A program made the position numbers and the translations under genes. DNA of 63,919 bases, counting the filler, from Globobulimina sp. (lineage: Eukaryota): assembly GCA_003354225.1 (NCBI GenBank). It is 40 parts of 40 records of this genome, joined end to end, with 100 filler letters (N's around TTAATTAATTAA, not from the genome) between each part and the next. Parts side by side here need not be neighbours in the genome. Positions count along the whole stretch, not along the records: positions 1 to 1,502 come from PIVH01015678.1; positions 1,603 to 3,104 come from PIVH01015679.1; positions 3,205 to 4,706 come from PIVH01015680.1; positions 4,807 to 6,307 come from PIVH01015681.1; positions 6,408 to 7,908 come from PIVH01015682.1; positions 8,009 to 9,509 come from PIVH01015683.1; positions 9,610 to 11,110 come from PIVH01015684.1; positions 11,211 to 12,711 come from PIVH01015685.1; 32 more parts are not named here. The stretch is one strand, 5' to 3'. The notes under the pieces were generated by a model. The model searched no databases, had not been told where the DNA came from, and saw only the letters and a program-made list of their open reading frames with translations. Shown here piece after piece: positions 1-11,470 of this stretch (positions within the stretch are counted from its first letter, which is position 1; each line of letters opens with the position of its first letter).

Positions 1-303
1 GTATTTTTCATTTAAGCTGTTTTTATTAATAATCTCCCATCAACAAATTTTATTTAAAATTTGCTATATATCACCGTCATTGTGTTGCTATATTTTGATT
101 ATTTTGAAACAGCTGCTTGGTTTGTTGGGTGCTAGGTTTGTTAGGTTTGTTATACCCCAAATCACTGCAATCACTAATTTTTATTTTGGTGATCGGACTT
201 CAACTTTTGGAGTTGTCCAGTAAGTTTGTCGGATTTCAATTTGAGAAACACTATAAAGGCAACTGAAAGAAAAAAACAAACCACATGCACACATTATAAA
301 CAT

Positions 304-1080
304 CTAATGGTTACAAACTATTATTTTTGTGTTTTGTAGTCCTAAACAGATTGATTTTATTCTTTTATGATTAAATTGCTTCTCTATAATCCCATCAATA
401 CAAAATGGCAAATTAACTCTTGACACATCATTAAATGTAATACATTCATTATAATAATTACTGCCAAATAAATAATATTTATCATTTATTGTTTTACACA
501 AAGAATGATGATGACCACAATCAATATATACAATTTTCTCATTTTCAAAATATTTAATCATTTTTGGCATCAACACGTCTTTAAACGAACCATTCCCGCA
601 TTGTCCAAAATGGTTATATCCAAATGCATATACTTTATAATTAAAATCAATCACTAAATTATGGCACCAACCACTTTTGATCTCCATGATTTGTATTTTA
701 TTCACCTTAAAGTATGACACTGCCACAGGTTTTTGAATGCATTGCCAATTCTTATCCGTCGAGCCCATCTGACCTCGTTTATTCTTACCCATACAATATA
801 AGTCGCCATGCAACCCCAAAAACAATGAATGTTGCACCCCACAGCTGATTTTTATGATATTTTTCGAATTCAAGTCTGTAATTTCGGACCAATCATCTTT
901 CCGTTCCTGTGAGTGATGTCTCCATTTATTTTTAGCATCCTCCTGATTCGTGGAATAAACTGTATTTTCGCTGCAAAATTTCATCATCAAATTAATGATA
1001 TCATTCGGTAAATTATTAACGATATTTCTCGACCAGCTCGTGATTATAATTAGAGCTTTATCGCTGTTCTTGGAACATAA
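304..1080 (-). CDS. RCC1-repeat (regulator of chromosome condensation-like) protein, C-terminal part
   Basis: Repeats ISCGVQHSLFL...G.N..GQMG, IKSGWCHNL...FGYNHFGQCG, IDCGHHHSL...FGSN; AT-rich eukaryotic style. Confidence 0.85.
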   Translation of the reverse strand, partial: LCSKNSDKALIIITSWSRNIVNNLPNDIINLMMKFCSENTVYSTNQEDAKNKWRHHSQERKDDWSEITDLNSKNIIKISCGVQHSLFLGLHGDLYCMGKNKRGQMGSTDKNWQCIQKPVAVSYFKVNKIQIMEIKSGWCHNLVIDFNYKVYAFGYNHFGQCGNGSFKDVLMPKMIKYFENEKIVYIDCGHHHSLCKTINDKYYLFGSNYYNECITFNDVSRVNLPFCIDGIIEKQFNHKRIKSICLGLQNTKIIVCNH

Positions 1081-1099
1081 GGCGACGCTGTAACGATCT

Positions 1100-1502
1100 G
1101 TTGATTTTATATCGATCAATACCTGACGAAGTGCACCATGATCCAGCGCTATTTCTGTTATTAACATCTTGTGTCGTTGCTGTTGTTCATTAATATCGAC
1201 GACGGAAATGGTTGATAGTTCCATTTCCAATCGAGCCGCGGTTTCATGGATTTTGTATAGACCTAAGGTGCCAGAAGACCCTTTGATGTTATGAGCCAGT
1301 CGTTTGGCATTCTGATAACTTTCGTCGTCTAATTCTTGTGACAGTAGCTCGAGGTTACGTTTTTGAGTACGGTCGAAAATGTCCAGTAAACGCAGATAAG
1401 TCTCCATATCACCCAAGGTATTCTCTAATCCAATACACATATCTAGCCCTTCTAGTGTCTCAAGCTGTTGTTGAACACCTTGATGACTAATTTTTTGTTT
1501 AG
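1100..1502 (-). CDS. Hpt (histidine phosphotransfer) domain of a bacterial-type hybrid sensor kinase, fragment
   Basis: LEGLDMCIGLENTLGDMETYLRLL...AKRLAHNIKGSSGTLG matches the Hpt AHxLKGxxG motif; frame stays open to the contig end. Confidence 0.8.
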
Positions 1503-1602
1503 NNNNNNNNNNNNNNNNNNNNNNNNNNNNNNNNNNNNNNNNNNNNTTAATTAATTAANNNNNNNNNNNNNNNNNNNNNNNNNNNNNNNNNNNNNNNNNN
1601 NN
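1503..1602. other. Artificial contig linker (N-run + TTAATTAATTAA + N-run); first of 39 copies spaced about every 1,600 bp up to 62321-62420
   Basis: Identical 12-mer with stops in all frames flanked by N runs, recurring at near-constant spacing; contig lengths fall from 1502 to 1499. Confidence 0.99.
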
Positions 1603-1952
1603 GTGATATTAAATTGGTGGACAATGTAAATAATAATGTTATTTTAAGTCAAACCATTACAACCAATGTAGTGAATAATATATTATTATCAGGAGCTTTA
1701 GGCGTTGTGACACCCGGTGAATATACAATAATTATTACATTTAATATTGGTAGCAAAGCAATTGATGTGTTACAAAGATATATTACAATTACAACCGATC
1801 CAACAAATAATCCAACCAAAGTTCCAACATTGGAAACCACATTGGAAACACCAATTGAATCGGGAAATGCTGAGGTTCCTGAGGTTGGAAACAAATTGAT
1901 GAGTGTTGTTGCCTTAGTGATTGTTCTATGCACCGCATATTTGACATTTTAA
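1603..1952 (+). CDS. C-terminal fragment of a secreted/membrane-anchored protein (Pro/Thr stalk plus terminal hydrophobic segment)
   Basis: PTNNPTKVPT stalk followed by LMSVVALVIVLCTAYLTF and stop. Confidence 0.55.
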
Positions 1953-2095
1953 CTCAAAATTGTAAACCATAAGTACTTAGTTGCAAATATTGACGTGTTT
2001 TATAGGTAGAACGATTCCCATAAACAAGACAGAAATGAATAAGTGAGTGGTTGTAATATTAAGGCTTCTTACAATTAAGTTATACTGACAGTGAG

Positions 2096-3103
2096 CTAAG
2101 ACTCTCCGACAAAGAGCCGAATATTCCCCCCACGGCCATCCACGAAGTTCATTTTTTTATATTTTATTTTTTTTCTTTTCACAAACGATATTATTGCAGG
2201 ACCCAGTTTCGCTCTGCCACCAAATGAATGATGCCCTGTTCCTGTCAATATATCCAAAACATATGATTTATTTCTCCGTACGCCCTTTTTACTATTTTTC
2301 CCCTTCTTTTTAATGTCAACAATCCGCTCATTCAATTTCTTCACTGCTTCCTCAACGTGCAATCCATGCAAATCAATAACATTCAATCCCAATTTCTTAT
2401 TCCTCAGTGCATAAATGTCCTCGCTCGCTTTCCTATGCAATCTATGCATTTCAGTATCATGTTCCCTCCCTTTTTTCGACAAATCCTTGGCCAACTTTCT
2501 ATTCCCTCCCAAATACGCATCCACAGCGCGCATAAATAATTGATTTCGAATTCGAGCATGTTCCTCAGCTGAATTCCTCGTCGATTTATACAAAGTGTTC
2601 AAAGTCTCGCCGGTCTCAACCCAGCCAATCTTCGCCATCAATCCCTCATTTTTATGAATATTCACATTCTTCTTAGCGCCCTCTGCAACTGTTCCTGTTC
2701 CAACATTCATATTTTGTGTCTGTTTATGAATAACATCGATTGGTTGCTTTCCATATTTGTGTATCAAATATTTCTGAGTCTCCTCCAAATCATATCCTTT
2801 CCCCACAAACGCCGCCGTCAAATGCTTAGCAGGTATCGCTGGAAACGATTCCTTCAACAAAGCCAACCTTAACTTTGCAACCAGGTCGCTTGGCGCTTTC
2901 TTATTTTTCAGAACTTTTTTGTGCTGTTTTTGTTTGTGTGCTACCGGAACCTGCGCACATTGCACCGCTGCATTCGGTTGAATCGTCGCAGTGTCCACAG
3001 CGGGCAAACTATGTTTGTAAATACATTTATTTCTCCGACTACAATAGCCCCACAGCCAATATTTGCAGACCGCATTGGCAGCGCCAACATCGTGGCTAAA
3101 CAT
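2096..3103 (-). CDS. CCCH zinc finger + CUE-like + DUF1771 + Smr domain endonuclease (N4BP2/NONU-1-like architecture)
   Basis: CKYWLWGYCSRRNKCIYKH; LKESFPAI (CUE-like); RNQLFMRAVDAYLGGNRKLAKDLS (DUF1771); IDLHGLHVEEA...ILTGTGHHS (Smr). Confidence 0.88.
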   Translation of the reverse strand: MFSHDVGAANAVCKYWLWGYCSRRNKCIYKHSLPAVDTATIQPNAAVQCAQVPVAHKQKQHKKVLKNKKAPSDLVAKLRLALLKESFPAIPAKHLTAAFVGKGYDLEETQKYLIHKYGKQPIDVIHKQTQNMNVGTGTVAEGAKKNVNIHKNEGLMAKIGWVETGETLNTLYKSTRNSAEEHARIRNQLFMRAVDAYLGGNRKLAKDLSKKGREHDTEMHRLHRKASEDIYALRNKKLGLNVIDLHGLHVEEAVKKLNERIVDIKKKGKNSKKGVRRNKSYVLDILTGTGHHSFGGRAKLGPAIISFVKRKKIKYKKMNFVDGRGGNIRLFVGES

Positions 3104-3204
3104 ANNNNNNNNNNNNNNNNNNNNNNNNNNNNNNNNNNNNNNNNNNNNTTAATTAATTAANNNNNNNNNNNNNNNNNNNNNNNNNNNNNNNNNNNNNNNN
3201 NNNN

Positions 3205-4706
3205 ACACTTTCTGTTCAAACCAAACAAATACCGGATCTTGATTATATTTAAATCCTGCTTGAATCAGAGCTAACGCAACATACATTTCGTTTGCTCCAT
3301 TATCATAATTCTCAAATTCGTCGCCAACCTCATCATAATACTCATCTTCATAATAAGTGTCATCATCACTCTCCATCACGCCAATGGTTGTAACTCCAGC
3401 TCCAGTTCCAGGCGAAAACGGTATCTCTGGATCATTCTCATTCTCATACTCATTAATCAGATCACCAATATTACCTCCAAAAGTATCCACAGTTTCGCCC
3501 CGCTGAACCCCCGTTGCCTCTGTTGTATGTGTCATATAATCGGAGTTTTCCTCTTCAAAAATAATCTGTGGATCTGACTGTCGTTCTCGTTCTCGTTCCG
3601 GTCTTGAAGTGGCAGTGGTGGCCATTTCACGATCGCTTCCAAACATTGATTTTTGACTGCCAAACACTGGTGATTTTGGACCTGAATTCTCTGCTTTTTT
3701 CTGCTTGTATAATATTACAAGTCCACAAACTATACAACACGACACCAGCACTGCAACAATGCTCGCAACAATTATTACTATATGTACCATTTTAAATGAA
3801 TTATCCTGTATAGTTTTCGCACCTTCTTGATCTTCCTGGGTCATATCAGCAATCTCGGTTGATTCTGTGCCACCATTTATACCCTCGGTGCTTGTAATTA
3901 TACTCTCCGTGCTGGTAATTGTGCTCTCTGTGCTTGCAGTCATCTGATTTCCAGTGGAGTTTACAGTCGGATTTATAGTCAGAGTCGAATGTACAGTCGG
4001 AGTTATAGTCGTATTTATGTTGGGATTTGCAGTGGAGGTTATAGTCATGGTTTCTGTCGGATTTTTGGTCGGAGAAATAGTAGGATTTATGGTGGTAGTT
4101 TTGGTAGGACTTTCAGTAGGAGTTATACTCGGATTTTTACTCGGATTTATAGTAGGATTTTTACTCGGATTTATAGTCGGATTTTTACTCGGAGTTATAG
4201 TCGGATTTATAGTCGGAATTATAGTTGGGATAACAGTTGGAGTTGTGGTCGGGTTTAAAGTAGCAACCGTCGGAATTTTCGTTGGATTCAGCGTAATTGC
4301 CGTTGGTTGGAAAGTTGTTGGATTTTGGGTTGGATATGTGGTTGGGAACACAGTTGGATATATATAGCCAGTGATGGTTGGATTCTTGGTTGGACGCAAA
4401 GAGGGTGCCACAGTCGGGGCAAATGTGAAAATATTTGTCTTTATAACTATATTGGAGAAAGTGCCTAATCCGGGATCATAGTAATCTGTCTCTGCAGAGC
4501 CAAATTTATTCCCCATCCACCACACAAACACGTTGCTACCGAGCACACTTTGCGGCGTTCTGTCGCGAGGCCACGATTTTGTATACGGCGATATTTTGCC
4601 AATGCCTCCTCCAGTTATTGTAATTTCTACGTTTGTATTATTCAATGATATTTTAATATGGTGAGCTGCATTGATATTAAGGTTTCCATAGTCGTCTAAA
4701 TAATGT
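3205..4706 (-). CDS. Mucin-like single-pass membrane protein with PTxxPT repeats (partial at both ends)
   Basis: Long PTINPSKNPT repeat, transmembrane IVIIVASIVAVLVSCCIVCGLVIL, acidic tail; frame open across the contig. Confidence 0.8.
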
Positions 4707-5017
4707 NNNNNNNNNNNNNNNNNNNNNNNNNNNNNNNNNNNNNNNNNNNNTTAATTAATTAANNNNNNNNNNNNNNNNNNNNNNNNNNNNNNNNNNNNNN
4801 NNNNNNTTCTTAGATTTGTTGCTTCGGGTTGACGCGGGTGAGCTCATTTTGGTTTTGTAGGTGTGGCTGGGGCCGGAACTCAATTGAGTTTGGGACAAGC
4901 TAGAAATGTGTGAGGTGCAGACTGTAAGGATTTTCTAACAAACAACCTTCACTAAACCAAACCTACTCATCCCTTCCACCTTTAGACGCAACTTAGCTAA
5001 ATTAGCCCAAGCCCAAA

Positions 5018-6145
5018 ATGAAAGTAGTATTGGCCTTATTGATGGGAGTGGCATATTGCACTCCATTGTGGGACGAGGAACTCACGTCTAGCATGATTGA
5101 AGGCGTAGATTTACAGTCGGTGTTTGACGAATGGGCCACCGCTCAAAGCCGCGAGTATGTCAATTTAGAAGAAGCCGCCTATCGATATGGAATCTGGCGT
5201 GCGAAACTCGACGAAATCACCGAATCGAATGACAATCCTGAATTAACGTATAAATTGGGATTAAACCAGTTTAGTGATTTGACGTGGGATGAATTTTTAA
5301 TTGAAATCCATGGACATACCGGCAATTGTTTAGGTGGCGAGGATATGTTCAATTTATGGGACTTAGTTCAGGAGGACCCAGCTGATATTAATGTCGGTGC
5401 GCCAGATTCCATTGATTGGCAAACAAAAGGCTGTGTGACGCCGGTTAAAAACCAAGGATCATGCGGTATATATATATATATTTATATTAATATGCGCAAA
5501 TTCGCACTTATTTGTAATATTAAAACATATATAATATAAATATATCTAGGTTCATGTTGGGCGTTTGCGTCGACCGGAGCTTTAGAGTGCGATAATGCAG
5601 CCAAAACCGGCAAATTGGTGAATTTATCCGAGCAGCAATTAGTTGATTGTACGAAGTCGTATGGCAACGCAGGCTGTAATGGTGGATGGTGGTATAATTC
5701 ATTTAAATATGTGCAGGCCGTCGGCGGTTTATGTACGCAGTCCGCCTATCCGTACACTGGAAGGGATGGAACCTGCAAAGATTCGAGTTGCGGCACCAAA
5801 ATGGACCCAATATCGACGTATACCAAAGTAGCAACCCGTAGTGATGACGCCTTAAAGACCGCAGTGGCAGTTGGCTGTAATTCTGTGGGCGTTATGGTGA
5901 ACTCCGCGTTCCAAGCCTATAAATCTGGTGTATTTTCTGCAAGTTGCGGTACTTCGGTGAACCATGGCGTCACCGCTGTAGGCTATGGTACGAGCGGCAG
6001 TCAGGATTATTGGAAAGTGAAGAATTCATGGGGTGCTAGCTGGGGCGATAAAGGGTATATTTATATGTGCAGAAATTGTAACAAAAATAGTGGAGCTGGA
6101 GAATGTGGCATCAATTTATATCCTTATTTTACCGTTCCTAAATAA
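5018..6145 (+). CDS. Papain-family (C1A) cathepsin L-like cysteine protease; intron 5466-5549
   Basis: Signal peptide, I29 prodomain (LNQFSDLT); splicing restores QGSCGSCWAF; catalytic NHGV and VKNSWG. Confidence 0.95.
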
Positions 6146-6599
6146 ATAAATGACTTTTTTTATTTTTCTTTTTGTATATGTCATCTAATTAATAATTAAT
6201 ATAAATATTTCATACCTGTAATATTGCAATTGCGTACCGGCCCTATCCTTGCACAAGAAACAAAATTTGACTACGTTAACGTTTACTGTTGCTACAGTTT
6301 TCAACTCNNNNNNNNNNNNNNNNNNNNNNNNNNNNNNNNNNNNNNNNNNNNTTAATTAATTAANNNNNNNNNNNNNNNNNNNNNNNNNNNNNNNNNNNNN
6401 NNNNNNNAATCTATAATTGTTTGTCTCAATAGGATTCCTTATTTTACTTTGTGGCACAACATTGTAAAACGTCAACACTTTTTAAAGAACTTTTTGTCCC
6501 TCCCTTCCCTTCCAATAAAAGCAGCTAGCTCTACAATAACTCTTACAAAACCCCAGAGAGAAAATAACTTCGTAATATTTTCCAGGGGGATAAAAAATA

Positions 6600-7864
6600 T
6601 GTTTATGACAATAATGATATTAATACACTCAACAAAACTATTGCCACAAATAAACAAGCCATCATTAATGACTATCACCATATTTTATATCACCATCTAC
6701 ATGAAAATGGCAACGGCCATGGTCCAACAAATAATAAAATTGATACTGATGAAACATTTGAATATATATTCATAATAATATACATTTATATATATTGACT
6801 TGTGACATATCAAATTGTTGTATTTATTCGAGACATCACCGTCAAAGAGAAAGACAAAAATTATCGCAACAAATTAATAATGATCAACAGCAACTCATTG
6901 TTTTAATGGATTTATTGGATACAATCCATTGTTATTTTGTCCATTCTGTTGATATGGGCTGCAGAATAACTACAATTTCACAACAATGTATTCAAGAAAG
7001 TAAGGTCCAACAAAATGGCAATAATCTGTGTCATGACCCGGAATTATCACATATTAATTCCATCATAAAATTAAAACGTAACAATTTATTACAAGCTCGC
7101 GGATTTCAACGATTGGAAAACAATAAATATATGACAAATGTCAATATTGCCAATAAACAGAAAACTGACTCATCAGAACAGAAAAATGACTCATTATATA
7201 CTGATCATGACATTAATAATTATAGTTTTGGGTACAAATTTGCGTATGATGGCCACAGCAATGATTGGGATCGAATTAAACCGCTTTATATGTCTTTGAA
7301 GGAAGAACTAACACAAAATAAAATACATTTAATTGATATGTGTGCGTTTGAAGAAGCTCACCAAAAAGCAATATTACTGGCAAACACGTCCGATTATGTA
7401 AAAAAGATTAAATGCAAACTTGACAACGAGACAAACTCAAACAAACATTATGGAATCAATGACGGTGATGCTTTGAGTGCAAACCATGTGTTGGGTGTGA
7501 TATTTTATACAGATTATGATTCTCTGTCATATCATTTTAGCACAACATTTAGATTTTTGAGTGAAGTGGAAAATGATGATCCAAAGAAAAGAAATGCAGA
7601 ATTTTTCCATTGGAGCAAATTACTGATTGAGACTGTAAATTGTTTTGGTACAGGAACAGGGCATTGAGTAGAGGTGATTGGTCATTTTGTTTTGATAAAA
7701 TGAAGGAAAATGGATCCAAATATAACATATTTGATGAAAGCAATGATTTGGTGCGATTTGATGAAATTAATAAAATATTTCCAAACTTGTCAAGATTAGT
7801 AGTGGAGAATGATAATAATGAGAATGAAGATATTGATGTTTTTTTAAACGTTTCACATCTTTGA
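6600..7864 (+). pseudogene. Disrupted member of a protist (foraminiferan-type) hypothetical protein family
   Basis: IINDYHHIL...HL, LDTIHCYFVH, IFYTDYDSLSYHFSTTFR...WSKLLIETVNCFG; frame changes near 6790 and 7660. Confidence 0.45.
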
Positions 7865-8008
7865 AAGAAATTTCTTTTATGGATTTCAAATTGAAATATG
7901 ATACGAAANNNNNNNNNNNNNNNNNNNNNNNNNNNNNNNNNNNNNNNNNNNNTTAATTAATTAANNNNNNNNNNNNNNNNNNNNNNNNNNNNNNNNNNNN
8001 NNNNNNNN

Positions 8009-8374
8009 TACGCCAGTCCAACATTCATATGTTTCTTGATTGACATTATTAGCGATAGCTAACACATTTAAAATTAAATAAACGCCAGCAACGACTTTGA
8101 ACGCAACAATACACCATTTGGGAAACATTCCAATATTCATATTTTGCGATTTTTGAAAGTCAATGAAACCGAGCAATTCGCCAATACTAAATTGACCCAA
8201 AAATATTAATATCAATAAAATAAGTACAAACCAATCGGAAGATTCAACTGCTTCCCATCCACACTCTTCACCACGGACTGCTGCCACAATTACTGCGATT
8301 ACCCACCATATCTCCAATACCGCTGATATCATTAACCATGCTAAGCCAAATGCTCTCTCGTTGTAATCCTCCAT
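8009..8374 (-). CDS. Multi-pass membrane protein, 3'-truncated
   Basis: Three hydrophobic segments; divergent from the next gene with a 115-bp intergenic spacer. Confidence 0.6.
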
Positions 8375-8489
8375 TGTTTTAATTTAAGCTAACAGGTATC
8401 GGTGTTGTTTAGACTGCAAATATAATGGTTGACTTTGAAAAAACAAAAATCTGAAAAGTTTTTCAAAAATCAAAAAATCATTTTCCAAT

Positions 8490-9329
8490 ATGGCCACTAT
8501 GTTAGCCCAAGTGATACGTAATCTCAACAACCATCCGGTGGTTGATAGCGATGAACCTGAGTCAACCGAACAGAAAGAAGAGAAAGAAGAGCTAACAGCA
8601 GCCGCAGGACAGCAGTTGCAAAAGCCACGCAAACTGACCACGCAAATGCATAACGGCATTCTAGACAATGCCAAGCAAATAATTGCCGCCGCACATGAAA
8701 AAATACGCATATTAAACGAGCGCTGCACAGGATACAAACGGTCGAATGAATCATTAGAAACTGAATTGCAATTATTGCGCCACGAAGAGAAAGAGAAAGA
8801 ACTGGCGAACCAAAGATATAAATCAGAGATCGACAGTCAAACGGTAATATTAACGAACTGGAAAGAGAAAATGCAGCAATTATCGCAGGAAATAATCGTA
8901 ATCCGCGAGAAGGCAAAACAGCAACAGCTTACGTATGCAAATAAATTGCTATCAATCAGTGCTGATTTGCATAAAGTGCATGGCGATAATATCAATAAAT
9001 TAAAATATAACAAAATGAAGAAGAAATTTGTGGTTTTCACGGAGGGACTCAACCAATTATTCTATTACGATGACGCTGGCTTAAAATTGGTATTTGTGCG
9101 CGGTGTGTCTGTCACCAATGAGACCATCGATGCGCAAATCAGCGGCAAACCGTGGTTTTTTATCATCGGCAAGAAGCGATCTGTGTTGTTTATCACGCCA
9201 AGCATTGAGATACGCGATAAGTGGTTGCATTTTATTAATCGATCATTGTCGAATATACGTAATTTATGCGATTCTGATGATGAGATATCAGTGCTTACGT
9301 CGTTAGGTATGTTATTGTATGTATTTTAG
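8490..9329 (+). CDS. Coiled-coil protein with C-terminal PH domain
   Basis: Heptad-rich region then KKKFVVF...LFYY...FFIIGKKRSVLFITPSIEIRDKWLHFI (PH C-terminal helix). Confidence 0.75.
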   Translation: MATMLAQVIRNLNNHPVVDSDEPESTEQKEEKEELTAAAGQQLQKPRKLTTQMHNGILDNAKQIIAAAHEKIRILNERCTGYKRSNESLETELQLLRHEEKEKELANQRYKSEIDSQTVILTNWKEKMQQLSQEIIVIREKAKQQQLTYANKLLSISADLHKVHGDNINKLKYNKMKKKFVVFTEGLNQLFYYDDAGLKLVFVRGVSVTNETIDAQISGKPWFFIIGKKRSVLFITPSIEIRDKWLHFINRSLSNIRNLCDSDDEISVLTSLGMLLYVF

Positions 9330-9609
9330 TGTGGTTATGTTATGTTTGTTGTACTGTCCACTGTCCATTTTCTCAGTGTCTGTAGATTACGATTTGGAGA
9401 GCAAATCAAATGATGTTCATCCAAGTTATGCAAACTATGCAAACCAATATGCTCATTATCGAGGAACGACGAAACAGAACAATTCATCCACTTTGTTGTC
9501 GTTGGCACGNNNNNNNNNNNNNNNNNNNNNNNNNNNNNNNNNNNNNNNNNNNNTTAATTAATTAANNNNNNNNNNNNNNNNNNNNNNNNNNNNNNNNNNN
9601 NNNNNNNNN

Positions 9610-10190
9610 TCAAGTGAAACCGACACCATGCGCGGCAGGTTGCCCGCAAGCTCTTCGCTGTCCGAATCCCAACTTTCAAGCGGTTCCCCATCATCATTAA
9701 AATAGGTGAACGTAATTGCCTGCAATCCGTCACACAAGGTCATCCCCTCTCTTTCATCAGCCTCGTCTATAAATTCAGGGTTTTCATTTCTCAACAGAAC
9801 CAACTCGCCTTCTTCATCCCCCTGTATAACTTCATAAGAAATCAACTGGCCGGTATTCATTTCCATTTCATCGCTGAAAAGGGGGTTGATCCTGGAATAA
9901 AACTTCATGGTACCGGCATCCCTGCCATTGATGTCTTTTGCCTCCCCGAGAAACTGGGTATATGCAGCCGGTTCACCAAAGGAGTCTGGCTCCAGTAAAC
10001 TTATATAGGATGCTTGAATATCCTCACTGATCCTTTGCATGGCGATTGAAGCTTTGCGATAGATCTCCATGCGGGATTCCGTCATATTGATGGTTTTAAA
10101 AGACCCTGAATAACTGGCGTAAAGTGTAACAAAGAGAATGGAAAAGATGAAAAATGCCAGGAGGATTTCCAGTAGGGTGAATCCCTTATT
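9610..10190 (-). CDS. gspJ: Bacterial type II secretion minor pseudopilin (GspJ-like), partial
   Basis: Extending the listed ORF upstream gives the prepilin motif NKGFTLLEILLAFFIFSILFVTLY; C-terminal ESWDS...LPRMVSVSL typical of GspJ; higher GC than the flank. Confidence 0.8.
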
Positions 10191-10641
10191 ATTTGGTTTA
10201 GATCAAAATCGAAATACTGCTAATTGGGGTCAAGGATGTACCACAAATTCTAAAATATGTTATTATTTAGATGGGCCAGGCGGTAATGCAAATGTTATGG
10301 TTATAGATCGCTGTGCTGGTTATTGTATGATGAATAGCGAAGGACACTGTGATCCATCAGGTAATACAGCGAATGATTGTGGACGATGTGTGTTAACCAC
10401 GGGGGATCCAACAAAAATAAAACCTCAATGTCCATGTCTTGGAAGTGATGGATCAATGTATAAAACTTGTTGTGGACAGGACCCAACGTGTGGTATCCCC
10501 TTGACTGCGACCTGTGATTGGTGCGCAGGGAATAACCATGCGCATTTTGATTTGGATACGGCAACATATAATCACATTTGTGGCAGTGAAGCGGCAAAAG
10601 GACATTGCAGATTGAAACAGTTTGTCCCGTATAAATGTTGA
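10177..10641 (+). CDS. Cys-rich double-psi beta-barrel protein (GH45/expansin-like endoglucanase), 5'-truncated
   Basis: WGQGC...CYYL...VMVIDRC...DWC...HAHFDL, resembling GH45 subfamily B/expansin motifs. Confidence 0.6.
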   Translation: MNPLLFGLDQNRNTANWGQGCTTNSKICYYLDGPGGNANVMVIDRCAGYCMMNSEGHCDPSGNTANDCGRCVLTTGDPTKIKPQCPCLGSDGSMYKTCCGQDPTCGIPLTATCDWCAGNNHAHFDLDTATYNHICGSEAAKGHCRLKQFVPYKC

Positions 10642-11210
10642 TAAATGTTATTGTAACAACTAGCTACAAGCACCTTATAGTTATAGGTTAAAGTTCATAC
10701 AAAATCGCTTTCATATATATACAGTGCTGGAAGTCTAGACCTGTCATTTTTGTATCCTTGCACAGGATCCAATTGGGAGTAAAGATAAGAAAGTAAAGGC
10801 ATAGGCACAATATAGTATGCTTGCATCATTCAGTCGGATCAATTCAGTCTATGGCTGAATAACAGACATTTATTTAATGGACTGAACGATGATACATTGC
10901 ATCTCAAACAAAATGAAATAATTCAATTTTTTGGAGGCTTCCGAGAAATGGTTGCTCTGTGCCTTAGTCACCAATTAATTCACAATCAATTTACCAAAAT
11001 CAACAAGAAATAGTGAATAAACCAAAATCAACACTCATTATGGAAAATATTCACTCGAAGCTGATTACCAATGACAGAAATGTGATAATATTAGATTTTA
11101 AGAAACTGTGNNNNNNNNNNNNNNNNNNNNNNNNNNNNNNNNNNNNNNNNNNNNTTAATTAATTAANNNNNNNNNNNNNNNNNNNNNNNNNNNNNNNNNN
11201 NNNNNNNNNN

Positions 11211-11401
11211 AGATACATAATTTGTGTTTGTAAATGGTCCTGATCATTTCTACTATTTTTCCTTTTCACATAGTCCTCGACATGAGACAGCGGGACATCT
11301 AATGGGACATTGGCATATCGTGGATCAAATGGATCAATTCCGAGTTTTATTGGTGAGGTTGGTGAGGACGAATTGTTCCTGTTTCGTTGTTTGGAACGCA
11401 T
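11211..11401 (-). CDS. Hypothetical protein N-terminus (3'-truncated)
   Basis: Short ORF divergent from the TBP-like gene; no domain recognised. Confidence 0.35.
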
Positions 11402-11470
11402 GCTCAAAGAGACAGAGGAGTTTAAGACAAAAACCGCAGTAAACCAGTGTTTGTTTGCTTATCTTGGATA

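Noticed and set aside
3954..4367. Hydrophobic and Arg-rich plus-strand ORFs
   Set aside because: Antisense shadows of the Pro/Thr repeat gene
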